This document shows positions 33,178-43,491 of a DNA stretch of 64,000 nt, in pieces (within the stretch, counting starts at the first letter, position 1; each line of letters begins with the position of its first letter). The notes beneath the pieces were generated by a model. That model saw nothing but the letters and a program-made list of their open reading frames with translations, had not been told where the DNA came from and did no database searches. Made by a program: the position numbers and the translations under genes. The DNA is from Pseudomonadota bacterium. GTDB taxonomy: Bacteria > Pseudomonadota > Gammaproteobacteria > Burkholderiales > Burkholderiaceae_D. Where the stretch lies: the NCBI GenBank assembly GCA_040389645.1, contig JAZJZT010000011.1, positions 129,532 to 193,531 on the forward strand, given 5' to 3'.

Positions 33178-33759
33178 ATGAGCTATTTAGATCGCGACAC
33201 TTTTGGCATATACAGGGATAGTGACAACGATGGACCAGGCCCGCGCCTGATGGGGGCCGACACCCTGACCGGCGAGGATGTGTACAACCTGCAGGATGAA
33301 GACCTCGGCGACATCAAGGAATTCATGATCGACATGCAAAGCGGCCAGATCGCCTACGCGGTGCTGTCCTTCGGCGGCGTGCTGGGCATCGGCAACAAGC
33401 TGTTCGCCGTGCCGTTCCAGAGCCTGCAACTGGATACTGTCAACAAGCGCTTCATCCTCGATATCGACAAGGCCAGGCTGGAAAACGCTCCAGGCTTCGA
33501 CAAGGACCACTGGCCCGACATGGCCAGCGCCGAATTCAGCACGCAGATCCACAGTTTTTACGGCACCCAGCAAAACATGCCGGGCCAGCGCACCGCCAGC
33601 GGCAGCGTGATGGGACAAGGCACCAGCTCGATGCAAAGCGGTACGCAGAGCGGCATGTCGACCAGCGGCAATTATTCGGGCGGTTCCAGCCAGTCGAGCC
33701 AGAGCGGCAGCGGCAACCTGAGCGGCAACCCTGACGACAAGCTGACCGACAAATATTAA
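33178..33759 (+). CDS. PRC-barrel domain protein with Ser/Gly/Gln tail
   Basis: Paralog of 13762-14163 (GPGP.LMGADTL, KLFAVP, LDTVNKRF, ENAPGFD); GGAG RBS. Confidence 0.88.
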   Translation: MSYLDRDTFGIYRDSDNDGPGPRLMGADTLTGEDVYNLQDEDLGDIKEFMIDMQSGQIAYAVLSFGGVLGIGNKLFAVPFQSLQLDTVNKRFILDIDKARLENAPGFDKDHWPDMASAEFSTQIHSFYGTQQNMPGQRTASGSVMGQGTSSMQSGTQSGMSTSGNYSGGSSQSSQSGSGNLSGNPDDKLTDKY

Positions 33760-33838
33760 AAGCTAGCCTGTATGCGGGGCGGCCGGCGCCGGGACTGCAG
33801 CCGGTATCGCCCCGCTGGTTTTTTGTTACCCGGATTAA

Positions 33839-36800
33839 CTAGCGCAACATCGATTCCCACACCTTTTGCAGGCGCTTGACCGATACCGGCATCGGCGTGC
33901 GCAACTCTTGCGCGAACAGAGAAACGCGCAATTCTTCCAGCATCCAGCGGAATTCCACCAGCTTCGGATCGGTATTGCGGCCGGCCGTCTTGTCGCGCGC
34001 CAGGCGCAGGTAAGGCGCCGCCGCGGCCTGCCATTCCGCCATCAGCTTGGCGTCGCGCGCGGGATCGCCGCGCAGCTTTTCCAGCCGCACATTCATCGCC
34101 TTCAGATAGCGCGGGAAATGCGCCAGTTGCGCATACTCGTTATCGGACAGGAAGCGCTTGTTGACCAGGCCCTGCAACTGCGCCTGCATGTCGGCCGCCA
34201 CCTGCGCATTGATGCCTTGCAGCCGTTTCGGCAAGCCGTGGAATTCGGTCAACACCTGCGACAGCAGGCGCGCAATCTCGTTCACCAATAACACCAGGCG
34301 CGACTTGCCCTCGTCCTTTCTCTTGTTGAACGAAGCCGCGTCGATCGGCAGCGGGTCTTGCAGGCAGGCGATGTCGAGCGCCTTGTTGATGATCTGTTCG
34401 CGCAATTCCTCCTGCGTACCCATCGCCATGAACTGCATCCCCATCTGCTGCAAACCGGGGATGCTTTTCTCGATGAACTTGATTTGATCTTTCATTTGCA
34501 AGGCGAACAGGCGGCGCAGGCCGACGCGGTGCGTGCGCGCCGCCACAGTCGGATCGTCGAACACTTCCAGGTCGCAGTGCGTGCCCTTGTCCACCAGCGC
34601 CGGGAAGCCGATCAAGGTCAATTTTCCTTGCACGATTTCGAGCAATTCCGGCAATTCGCCGAAACTCCAACTGCTCAAATTCGTATGCTGCGCCGAGCCA
34701 GCCGGTGCCTGGGCCTGCACCTCGGCCGGCCTGACGCCGTCCGGGCGCGCGCCACCGTGCGCCTTTGACGCAGCGGCCGGCGCGGCCGGCTGCAACTGCG
34801 CCGCCTGCGGCGCCGACACTTCCGCCATTTTCTGGAAACTCTGGCGCGCCTGTCCGCCATACTCGGCCTGCAAGGTCGCCAGGTTGCGGCCCATGTCGAG
34901 CTGGCGGCCATGCTCGTCGATGACCTTGAAATTCATGAAGTGATGCGCGGGCAGCGTTTCCGGCTTGAAGTCGGTGGTCAACACCGCGATCGTGATCTGC
35001 GTGCGGATGTCGGCGATGATCGCATCGATCAAGTCGCCGCGCCCGAACGCGCCCGCCGCATGCACCCGTTCGCAGAATTTGGCCGCGTAATCGGGCAGCG
35101 GCACGCAATGGCGGCGCAGCTTTTGCGGCAGCGATTTCAATAACAGGTGCACCTTCTCCTTCAACATGCCCGGCACCAGCCATTCGCAGCGCTCGCGCGG
35201 CAACTGGTTCAGCGCATACAGCGGCACGGCCATCGTCACGCCATCGCGCACACTGCCCGGTTCGAAGTGATAGGTCAGCGGCATTTCCAGCCCGGTCACC
35301 GTCATCAGTTTCGGGAACAAATCCGTCGTCACGCCGGCCGCCTCGTGCCGCATCAATTCGTCGCGGTTCAGGTACAGCAGCTTCGGTTCGGCCGCCGTCG
35401 CATCCTTGTGCCATTTTTCGAAACCGGCACCGTTGACGACATCGACCGGGATCAGCTTGTCGTAGAAGGCGGCAATGAGTTCATCGTCGACCAGTACGTC
35501 CAGGCGGCGCGACTTGTGTTCAAGGTTTTCGATTTCCTTGATCAGCTTATGGTTGTGCGCGAAGAATGGCGCGCGCGTCTCGTAATCGCCGCCGACCAGC
35601 GCATCGCGAATAAAAATCTCTCTCGCTTCGGCCGGATTGAAGGCGCCGTAATTGATGCGGCGCTGCGCGTACACCACCAGGCCGTACAAGGTGGCGCGCT
35701 CGGACGCGGTCACCTGCGCGCTGCGTTTTTCCCAGCGCGGTTCGCCCCACGATTTTTTCAATAAATGGCCGCCGACCTTTTCTAACCATTCCGGCTCGAT
35801 CTTCGCGATGCAGCGCGCATACAGGCGCGTGGTATCGACCAGTTCGGCCGCCATGATCCATTTGCCCGGCTTTTTCAGCAGAGAGGAGCCAGGCCAGATA
35901 TGGAACTTGATGCCGCGCGCGCCCAGAAAACCGGCGCCCGGTTCGTCTTCCGCCTTGAAACCGATATTACCCAACAAGCCCGTCAGCAAAGCCAGGTGCA
36001 TGTTTTCATAAGTCGCTGGCGCCTCGTTCAGGCGCCAGCCCTGCTCTTTCACGATCGTCAGCAATTGCGAGTGGACGTCGCGCCATTCGCGCAGGCGCAA
36101 CTGGGACAGGAAATTGGTGCGGCAGTTATCCTGCAACTGGCGGTTGGTCTTCTTGTGCTCGATCGCGTTTTCGAACCAGCGCCAGATTTTGATATAACTG
36201 AGGAATTCTGATTTTTCGTCGGCGAACTTCTTGTGCGCTTCGTCGGCCGCCTGCTGGTGTTCCATCGGGCGGTCGCGCGGGTCCTGCACCGACAGGGCGG
36301 AGGCGACGATCAGCACTTCGGTCAGCGAAGCGTTATCGAGCGCGGCCAGGATCATGCGGCCCACGCGCGGATCGAGCGGCAGCTTGGCCAGCTTGCGCCC
36401 CAGCGGCGTCAGTTGATTGTATTCGTCGACCGCGCCCAGCTCCTGCAGCAACTGGTAACCGTCGGCGATCGCGCGCGCCAGCGGCGGCTCGATAAACGGA
36501 AAAGTTTCGACGTCGGCCAGGTGCAAGGACTTCATGCGCAGGATGACGGCCGCCAGCGACGAGCGCAGGATTTCCGGTTCCGTGAATTTCGGGCGCAACA
36601 AGAAATCCTGCTCTTCGTACAAGCGGATGCAGACGCCGTCGGCCACCCGGCCGCAACGGCCGGCGCGCTGATTGGCCGCCGATTGCGCGATCGGTTCGAT
36701 CTGCAACTGCTCGACCTTGTTCCGATAACTGTAGCGTTTTACGCGCGCCAGGCCGGCATCGACCACGTAGCGAATGCCCGGCACGGTCAACGACGTTTCC

Positions 36801-38404
36801 GCCACGTTGGTCGCCAGCACGATGCGGCGCGCGTTCGACGTGCGGAACACGCGCTCCTGTTCCTCGGCCGACAGGCGCGCGAACAGCGGCAGGATTTCGA
36901 CATGCGGCGGATGGTGTTTGCGCAGCGCTTCGGCCGCATCGCGAATCTCGCGTTCGCCCGGTAAAAACACCAGTACGTCGCCGGAACCGATGCGGCACAA
37001 TTCCTCGACACCGTCGACGACCGCATCCATCAGGTCGCGTTTTTCACGCGCGGCGGCGGCCTTCGGTTGCGGCTTGCCCGTGTCCGGACCGGGCATCGCC
37101 ACCTGTTCGCGCTCGACCGGGCGGTAACGCACTTCGACCGCGTACAGGCGGCCGGACACTTCGATCACCGGCGCCGGCTTCTCGGGCGAACCGAAATGGC
37201 GCGCAAAACGGTCGGCGTCGATCGTGGCCGACGTGATGATGATTTTTAAGTCCGGCCGGCGCGGCATCAGCTGTTTCAGGTAGCCGAGCAGGAAGTCGAT
37301 GTTCAGGCTGCGTTCGTGCGCCTCATCGATGATGATCGTGTCGTACGCCTTCAGCAGCGGGTCGGTCTGCGTTTCGGCCAGCAGGATACCGTCTGTCATC
37401 AGCTTGACGGACGCGCCGCGCATCAGGGTGTCGGCGAAGCGCACCTTGAAGCCGACGTTTTGTCCCAGCGGCGTGCCGATTTCCTGCGCGATGCGCTTGG
37501 CCGTCGATGACGCCGCGATGCGGCGCGGCTGCGTGTGGCCGATCATGCCCTTCTGGCCGCGTCCCAGTTCCAGGCAAATCTTCGGCAACTGCGTCGTCTT
37601 GCCCGAGCCGGTTTCGCCGGAAACGATGATGACCTGGTTGTTGCGCAGCGCCTCGGCGATTTCCTCGCGCCGGCCGGAAACAGGCAAATCCTCCGGATAC
37701 GTAATCGGCGGCATCGGGTTGCGGAACGTTTTTTCAGCCTCGCGCTCGGCGATCTGCTCCGGCGTCTCGCGCGGCGCGCGCGGACCGCGCGGTTGCTCCG
37801 ATTGCCCGTCGCCGCGAGGACGACGCGCTTCGCTGCCGTCGCGCAGCGGACGCGCGGCACCTTGCGCCGCTCCCGGCGCGCCGTCGCTGCGCGGAACGCG
37901 CGCGGCCGAACCATCGCGTGGCGCACGCGCCTGTCCTTCCGTGCGTGGCGCTCCTTCCGCACGCGCCTGTCCTTGCGGGCGTGGCTGCCCTTCAGGACGC
38001 GGCGCGCGCTGCGGCTGGCCGGGCGCAGCGCCTGCTTCCGCACGTGGCGGCCCTTCCGAATGCGGCACGCGTCGCGGCTGGCCTGGCGCGCCATCGGCGC
38101 GCGGCGCACGCGATTCGGCGCCATCGCGCGGCGGACGCGGTGCACGCTGCTGCGCGCCATCGCGCGGCGCGCGCTCCTGCCCCTCCGCACGCGGCGCGCG
38201 CGGCTGCGGCTTGCGCGCGCCGTCGGCGATGGCTGGCTGGCCGGGCGCGCGCGGGTTTTCCCCGTCGCGCGGCGGACGCGGCGTGCGCGGGCCGCGCCCT
38301 GGCTGGCCCTCTTGTGGTGCGCGCGGCACAGTCTGCGCGGCGGAATGGGAGGAGGATTTCTGCTGCTCGGGGGAGACTGGGGGCTTCTTGCTGGCTTCTG
38401 ACAT
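33839..38404 (-). CDS. hrpA: ATP-dependent RNA helicase HrpA
   Basis: GETGSGKT, TQPRR, DEAH, SAT, QRAGRCGR, EELRVSLFAQEL. Confidence 0.97.
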   Translation of the reverse strand: MSEASKKPPVSPEQQKSSSHSAAQTVPRAPQEGQPGRGPRTPRPPRDGENPRAPGQPAIADGARKPQPRAPRAEGQERAPRDGAQQRAPRPPRDGAESRAPRADGAPGQPRRVPHSEGPPRAEAGAAPGQPQRAPRPEGQPRPQGQARAEGAPRTEGQARAPRDGSAARVPRSDGAPGAAQGAARPLRDGSEARRPRGDGQSEQPRGPRAPRETPEQIAEREAEKTFRNPMPPITYPEDLPVSGRREEIAEALRNNQVIIVSGETGSGKTTQLPKICLELGRGQKGMIGHTQPRRIAASSTAKRIAQEIGTPLGQNVGFKVRFADTLMRGASVKLMTDGILLAETQTDPLLKAYDTIIIDEAHERSLNIDFLLGYLKQLMPRRPDLKIIITSATIDADRFARHFGSPEKPAPVIEVSGRLYAVEVRYRPVEREQVAMPGPDTGKPQPKAAAAREKRDLMDAVVDGVEELCRIGSGDVLVFLPGEREIRDAAEALRKHHPPHVEILPLFARLSAEEQERVFRTSNARRIVLATNVAETSLTVPGIRYVVDAGLARVKRYSYRNKVEQLQIEPIAQSAANQRAGRCGRVADGVCIRLYEEQDFLLRPKFTEPEILRSSLAAVILRMKSLHLADVETFPFIEPPLARAIADGYQLLQELGAVDEYNQLTPLGRKLAKLPLDPRVGRMILAALDNASLTEVLIVASALSVQDPRDRPMEHQQAADEAHKKFADEKSEFLSYIKIWRWFENAIEHKKTNRQLQDNCRTNFLSQLRLREWRDVHSQLLTIVKEQGWRLNEAPATYENMHLALLTGLLGNIGFKAEDEPGAGFLGARGIKFHIWPGSSLLKKPGKWIMAAELVDTTRLYARCIAKIEPEWLEKVGGHLLKKSWGEPRWEKRSAQVTASERATLYGLVVYAQRRINYGAFNPAEAREIFIRDALVGGDYETRAPFFAHNHKLIKEIENLEHKSRRLDVLVDDELIAAFYDKLIPVDVVNGAGFEKWHKDATAAEPKLLYLNRDELMRHEAAGVTTDLFPKLMTVTGLEMPLTYHFEPGSVRDGVTMAVPLYALNQLPRERCEWLVPGMLKEKVHLLLKSLPQKLRRHCVPLPDYAAKFCERVHAAGAFGRGDLIDAIIADIRTQITIAVLTTDFKPETLPAHHFMNFKVIDEHGRQLDMGRNLATLQAEYGGQARQSFQKMAEVSAPQAAQLQPAAPAAASKAHGGARPDGVRPAEVQAQAPAGSAQHTNLSSWSFGELPELLEIVQGKLTLIGFPALVDKGTHCDLEVFDDPTVAARTHRVGLRRLFALQMKDQIKFIEKSIPGLQQMGMQFMAMGTQEELREQIINKALDIACLQDPLPIDAASFNKRKDEGKSRLVLLVNEIARLLSQVLTEFHGLPKRLQGINAQVAADMQAQLQGLVNKRFLSDNEYAQLAHFPRYLKAMNVRLEKLRGDPARDAKLMAEWQAAAAPYLRLARDKTAGRNTDPKLVEFRWMLEELRVSLFAQELRTPMPVSVKRLQKVWESMLR

Positions 38405-38458
38405 TGTTTTTTACAGGTATTTGGCGCGAAAACCGCGCACCGAATTATAATGCGGCTA

Positions 38459-39769
38459 ATGGAAAACCCTACCGAATTCGTCCAATGGCTGCGCTCTGTC
38501 GCACCTTACATCCACGCCTTCCGTGGCAAGACCTTCGTGGTCGCCTTCCCAGGTGAACTGGTCAGCGCCGGCGCCCTGCCCGTACTGGCGCAGGATCTGT
38601 CGCTGCTGCACGCGCTGGGCATCAAGATCGTCGTCGTGCACGGCTCGCGTCCGCAGGTGGCCGAACAGCTGGCGCTGCGCAACGTCGAAGGCCGCTTCAC
38701 CAACGGCGTGCGCATCACCGACACCGCCGCGCTCGAATGCGCGAAAGAAGCGGCCGGCGAACTGCGCCTCGACATCGAAGCCGCCTTCAGCCAGGGCTTG
38801 CCGAACACGCCGATGGCGCACGCGGCGATCCGCATCATTTCCGGCAACTTCGTCACCGCGCGCCCGCTCGGCGTGATCGACGGCGTCGACCTGGAACTGA
38901 CCGGCATCACGCGCAAGGTCGACGCCGAAACCATCCACGCGCTGCTCGGCGCCGGCGGCCTGGTGATGCTGTCGCCGCTGGGCTTCTCGCCGACCGGCGA
39001 AGCGTTCAACCTGACGATGGAAGACGTCGCCACGGCCGCCGCCGTCGCGCTGCACGCCGACAAACTCATCTTCATCAGCGAGACGCCGATCATGGCCGAC
39101 GCGGGCGGCACGGAAATCCGCGAACTGTCGTCGCACCAGGCCGAAGCCGTGCTGCAGGCCGGCTTCCTGCCCGAAGCGAGCGCCTTCTACCTGCGCCACG
39201 CGATCAAGGCTTGCCACAACGGCGTGCCGCGCGCCCACATGGTGCCGTTCGAAATGGACGGCTCGGCGCTGCTCGAACTGTTTACCCACGATGGCGTGGG
39301 CACGATGATCAGCCATGAAAACCTGGAAAGCCTGCGCCAGGCCACCATCGAAGACGTCGGCGGCATCATCAAGCTGATCGAACCGCTGGAAGCGGACGGC
39401 ACGCTGGTCAAGCGCGGACGCGAACTGATCGAACGCGAAATCGATTATTTCTCCGTCATCGAACACGATGGCGTGATCTTCGGCTGCGCCGCACTGTACC
39501 CGTTCCCCGAACAGAAGATGGCCGAAATGGCATGCCTCATCGTCAATCCGGAAGTGCAGGCGCAGGGCGACGGCGAGCGTATTTTAAAACACATGGAAAA
39601 CCGCGCGCGCGCGATCGGCGTCAACAAGCTGTTCGTGCTGACCACGCGCACCTCGCACTGGTTCCAGAAACGCGGCTTCGTGCCCGCCGCCGTCGACGCC
39701 CTGCCGAAGGACCGCCAGCGCATGTACAACTGGCAGCGTAAATCCCAGGTTCTGATTAAGACTTTATAA
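38459..39769 (+). CDS. argA: Amino-acid N-acetyltransferase (N-acetylglutamate synthase)
   Basis: APYIHAFRGKTFV, VHGSRPQ, ELFTHDGVGT, C-terminal GNAT domain. Confidence 0.96.
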   Translation: MENPTEFVQWLRSVAPYIHAFRGKTFVVAFPGELVSAGALPVLAQDLSLLHALGIKIVVVHGSRPQVAEQLALRNVEGRFTNGVRITDTAALECAKEAAGELRLDIEAAFSQGLPNTPMAHAAIRIISGNFVTARPLGVIDGVDLELTGITRKVDAETIHALLGAGGLVMLSPLGFSPTGEAFNLTMEDVATAAAVALHADKLIFISETPIMADAGGTEIRELSSHQAEAVLQAGFLPEASAFYLRHAIKACHNGVPRAHMVPFEMDGSALLELFTHDGVGTMISHENLESLRQATIEDVGGIIKLIEPLEADGTLVKRGRELIEREIDYFSVIEHDGVIFGCAALYPFPEQKMAEMACLIVNPEVQAQGDGERILKHMENRARAIGVNKLFVLTTRTSHWFQKRGFVPAAVDALPKDRQRMYNWQRKSQVLIKTL

Positions 39770-39805
39770 TCGCGCTTTCACCACCGCATTTTAGGAGCAC
39801 TACAG

Positions 39806-40078
39806 ATGGCCCGTACCGTCCACTGCATCAAACTGAACAAGGAAGCCGAAGGCCTCGATTTCCCACCGTACCCTGGCGAGCTGGGCAAGAAAATCTACGA
39901 ATCCGTATCGAAGGAAGCCTGGGCCGCCTGGCTCAAGCACCAGACCATGCTGGTCAATGAAAACCGCCTGAACCTGGCCGACCTGCGCGCCCGCAAATAC
40001 CTGGCCACGCAAATGGAAAAGCATTTCTTTGGCGATGGCGCCGATGCCGCGATGGGGTATGTGCCGCCGGCGGATTAA
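39806..40078 (+). CDS. yggX: Fe(II)-trafficking / oxidative damage protection protein
   Basis: [28 protein letters not shown]. Confidence 0.95.
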   Translation: MARTVHCIKLNKEAEGLDFPPYPGELGKKIYESVSKEAWAAWLKHQTMLVNENRLNLADLRARKYLATQMEKHFFGDGADAAMGYVPPAD

Positions 40079-40089
40079 GACGGCAAGCT

Positions 40090-40117
40090 AAAAGGCGCCT
40101 TGCGGCGCCATTTTTTT
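40090..40117 (+). terminator. Intrinsic terminator, possibly bidirectional
   Basis: AAAA-GGCGCC-TTGC-GGCGCC-ATTTTTTT. Confidence 0.7.
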
Positions 40118-40120
40118 ACC

Positions 40121-40184
40121 AAAATCAGATGCAAAGGCCGGGGTCAGACCCATGGGTCTGACCCCAGATTTTGCATCTGATTTT
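40121..40184. repeat. Hairpin repeat, family 2, copy 2 (inverted relative to copy 1)
   Basis: AAAATCAGATGCAAA-GGCC-GGGGTCAGACCCATGGGTCTGACCCC-AGAT-TTTGCATCTGATTTT. Confidence 0.88.
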
Positions 40185-40204
40185 CGCGCGTAATCCTTGC
40201 AGAT

Positions 40205-40582
40205 CTAGCGCGACATCGCCTTACACTGCCGCAGCTCGCACTTCGCCATAAAAATCTTGCCGTTGTCGCACGCCATCCGGTACACCTCGACCGGCCCCGG
40301 CTCCGACACCAGCCCGGCGCCCGGGCCGCCGATGCACCCTTCTCGCTTGGCCAGGTTTTCCACCGTAGCCGACGACACGCCGGCGCGGAATTCCACCTTG
40401 ACGATCTCGACGCCTTCCAGCATGACGCGCTTGCTGCCGTCGCTGGCCAGCTCGGAGACGACCGGCTTGCGCGCGCTGGCGGCCCGGCGCGCCTTTTCGG
40501 CTTCCTGTTCCTTGTCCTTGTTGAACGGCATATAGGAACAGGCACCCAGCAGCATGACAGACAGCAGCAGCAATCGTTTCAT
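40205..40582 (-). CDS. Hypothetical lipoprotein
   Basis: MKRLLLLSVMLLGAC lipobox; four C-terminal Cys. Confidence 0.8.
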   Translation of the reverse strand: MKRLLLLSVMLLGACSYMPFNKDKEQEAEKARRAASARKPVVSELASDGSKRVMLEGVEIVKVEFRAGVSSATVENLAKREGCIGGPGAGLVSEPGPVEVYRMACDNGKIFMAKCELRQCKAMSR

Positions 40583-40604
40583 CGGGCGCCCCGGTGGAAA
40601 AAAT

Positions 40605-41282
40605 TTAGAACGTGAGTTTGCGCACGCCGTCGGCAGTGCCCAGCAGGCAGACATTGGCGCCGCGCGCGGCAAACAGGCCGACCGCGATCACGCCGACGAT
40701 CTGGTTGATCTGCTGTTCGAGCGCGACCGGATCGGCGATCGCCAGGCCGGCGACATCGAGGATGTTGCCGCCGTTGTCGGTGACGAACGCTTCCTGCGTG
40801 CCCGGTTTCAGGCGCAGGCGCGGCTCGCCGCCCAGTGCCGCCAGCTGGCGCGTGACGGCGTTGCGCGCCATCGGCAACACTTCGACCGGCAGCGGGAAAT
40901 TGCCCATCACTTCGACCAGCTTGGAGCCGTCGGCGATGCAGACGAACTGTTTCGAGACCGAGGCGACGATCTTTTCGCGCGTCAGCGCGGCGCCACCGCC
41001 CTTGATCATCGCGCCGCTGGCCGTGATTTCATCGGCGCCGTCGATGTAGACGGCGATCGAATCGACTTCGTTCAGGTCGAACACGGCGATGCCGTGCCCG
41101 GCCAGGCGCGCCGCGGTCGCTTCCGACGACGCCACGGTGCCCTTGATGCGGTCTTTGATTTTCGCCAGTTCATCGATGAAGAAATTGGCGGTCGAGCCGG
41201 TGCCGACGCCGATGATTTCGCCGTCGACCACGTAGTCGATGGCGGCGCGGGCCACTGCTTGTTTCAATTCGTCTTGGGTCAT
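40605..41282 (-). CDS. rpiA: Ribose-5-phosphate isomerase A
   Basis: [24 protein letters not shown]. Confidence 0.98.
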   Translation of the reverse strand: MTQDELKQAVARAAIDYVVDGEIIGVGTGSTANFFIDELAKIKDRIKGTVASSEATAARLAGHGIAVFDLNEVDSIAVYIDGADEITASGAMIKGGGAALTREKIVASVSKQFVCIADGSKLVEVMGNFPLPVEVLPMARNAVTRQLAALGGEPRLRLKPGTQEAFVTDNGGNILDVAGLAIADPVALEQQINQIVGVIAVGLFAARGANVCLLGTADGVRKLTF

Positions 41283-41458
41283 GGGTAACAATGCAAACTA
41301 AAAGGTGAGAATGGCGCTATTTTAGCGGATCGCCGCCCGGGCTCCGGATTTTTGGCGCAAAATTGCATACAAACAATACGTTTTGACGCCAAACCTGCCG
41401 CAGCGGTCCGCGATATGCGAAAATGAACAATTCGACACAACCACTATCCGGATTGCCT

Positions 41459-41827
41459 ATGGAGCCCCTTATCAATGTATTGATCGTAGACGACAGCCGC
41501 GTTTCGCGACTGCTGGCGCGCCAGTACATCCTCAGCAAGCATGCCGACTGGGTGATCGAGGAAGCCGCCAATGGTGAAGCCGCGCTGGAAAAGATCAAGA
41601 CCTTTATCCCCGCGCTGATTTTAATGGATGTCAACATGCCCGGCATGGGCGGCGTGGCGGCGGCCGAACAGTTGCGCAAGCTGCTGCCGAACGCCCATAT
41701 CTCGCTGCTGACGGCCAATGTGCAGACGGCCACGCGCAACCGCGCGGCCGAACTGGGCATCGGCTTCATGGAAAAGCCGATCACCGACGAACGCATTTCG
41801 CAACTGATCGCGCCCCTGGAAGCCTGA
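41459..41827 (+). CDS. Single-domain (CheY-like) response regulator
   Basis: VDDS, MDVNMP, LTA, KP; alternative start at 41423. Confidence 0.88.
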   Translation: MEPLINVLIVDDSRVSRLLARQYILSKHADWVIEEAANGEAALEKIKTFIPALILMDVNMPGMGGVAAAEQLRKLLPNAHISLLTANVQTATRNRAAELGIGFMEKPITDERISQLIAPLEA

Positions 41828-41828
41828 C

Positions 41829-42455
41829 ATGTTCCAACTGACCGAACTCGAACACGATGCCCTGGTCGAAATCTTCAACATCGGCGTCGGCCAAGCCGCC
41901 GCCGCCATGAGCGGCATCGTCAATGAAGAAGTGACGATGTCGGTGCCGTCGATCAGTTTCCTGAACCGCTCGCAGGCGGCATTACTCCTCGGCAACAAGG
42001 ACAAGGAAGGCCAGCGCATCTGCGGCGTCAGCCAGCATTACGGCGGCGCCTTCGAGACCGAAGCGATCTTGATGTTCCCGGAAGATAAAAGCCTGGAAAT
42101 CGTGCGCCTGATGGTCGGCGAATCGGTGCCGCTCGACGAGTTGACGGAAATGGAACAGGAGGCGATGAGCGAGATCGGCAACATCATCCTCAATTCCTGC
42201 GTCGGCACGCTGGCCAACATTTTTCAGCGCGAGCTGCACGGCTCGCTGCCTGCCTACCACGTCGGCACCAGCGACGAAATCCTCAGCGCCTCCGGCAGTG
42301 CGGCCGAGACCGTGGTGCTGATGCTGCACATCGATTTTATTTTGGAAACGCACCAGATCCATGGCTACGTCGCCTTCATCCTCGACGTTTCCGCTTTGCA
42401 CGATCTGCAGGAACAAATCAATTTGTACCTGAACAGGGTCATGGGCCAGGGTTGA
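41829..42455 (+). CDS. CheC-family phosphatase-like protein
   Basis: DALVEIFNIGVGQAA and EAMSEIGNI (two ExxN motifs), SVPS. Confidence 0.88.
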   Translation: MFQLTELEHDALVEIFNIGVGQAAAAMSGIVNEEVTMSVPSISFLNRSQAALLLGNKDKEGQRICGVSQHYGGAFETEAILMFPEDKSLEIVRLMVGESVPLDELTEMEQEAMSEIGNIILNSCVGTLANIFQRELHGSLPAYHVGTSDEILSASGSAAETVVLMLHIDFILETHQIHGYVAFILDVSALHDLQEQINLYLNRVMGQG

Positions 42456-43426
42456 TGACGATGCATACCGATGTAAATCGCTTGAGCCTGCTGGAAAGCG
42501 TGCTGGGAGCCGTCAACCTGGGCGCCATCGTGCTCGATGGCGACGGCCGCATCGTGTTGTGGAACAAGTGGATGGCGCAACATGCGGCCATGCCGGCCCA
42601 GCAGGTCCTGGGCAAATCCTTTTTTGAACTGTTTCCCGACTTGCTCGGCAAGCGCATCGACGCGGCGATCGTGCAGGCGCAGCGCAACAATTTTCCGTCG
42701 CTGCTGTCGCAGACCTTGAACAAATCGCCATTTCCCCTGTATTCGGATGCCGCCGCCGTCGCGCGCGGCGAACGCATGCAGCAGGCGCTCGCCGTTTCTC
42801 CCGTCGAAGTGGCCGGCGCCGCGCGTCATTGCCTGATCCAGATCAACGATGTCAGTATCGCTGTCGGGCGCGAAAAATTATTACGCGAACAGGCGATGGT
42901 GTTGCGCTCGCAAACCTTCTCGGACGGCTTGACCGGCATCGCCAACCGCCGCCATTTCGATGTCGCGATGGACAAGGAACAACGGCGCGCGAAACGCACC
43001 GGCAGCGCGCTATCTCTGCTGATGATCGACATCGATTATTTCAAGGCTTATAACGACCATTACGGCCACCAGCAGGGAGACCACTGCCTGATCCAGGTCG
43101 CCTGCGCGCTCGCGGCGATGCTGCACCGCTCGACCGACCTGATCGCGCGCTACGGCGGCGAGGAATTCGTCATGATCCTGCCCGACACGGATGCCCAGCA
43201 AGCCTTGCAAATGGGAGAAGCGATCCGCGCCCGCACCATCGCACTCGACATCCCGCACGCACAGGCCGGCGATGCCGAAAAACGCATCACCGTCAGCGTC
43301 GGCATCGCCACCTCGACGGCCGACAATGCGCTCGACGTGCCTGGCCTGATCGGCGCCGCCGACCGCGCGCTGTACGCGGCCAAGCGCGCCGGACGCAACC
43401 GCGTCGTCGCGCAGGCGCCGGCCTGA
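42455..43426 (+). CDS. PAS-GGDEF diguanylate cyclase
   Basis: N-terminal PAS (WNKWM), DGLTGIANRR, RSTD I-site, GGEEF. Confidence 0.92.
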   Translation: MTMHTDVNRLSLLESVLGAVNLGAIVLDGDGRIVLWNKWMAQHAAMPAQQVLGKSFFELFPDLLGKRIDAAIVQAQRNNFPSLLSQTLNKSPFPLYSDAAAVARGERMQQALAVSPVEVAGAARHCLIQINDVSIAVGREKLLREQAMVLRSQTFSDGLTGIANRRHFDVAMDKEQRRAKRTGSALSLLMIDIDYFKAYNDHYGHQQGDHCLIQVACALAAMLHRSTDLIARYGGEEFVMILPDTDAQQALQMGEAIRARTIALDIPHAQAGDAEKRITVSVGIATSTADNALDVPGLIGAADRALYAAKRAGRNRVVAQAPA

Positions 43427-43491
43427 GTTCTGGATTCTGGGTTAAGCCTGGCTTATTCGAGCTGGACCGGTATCAGCCGGCCTTATTGACT

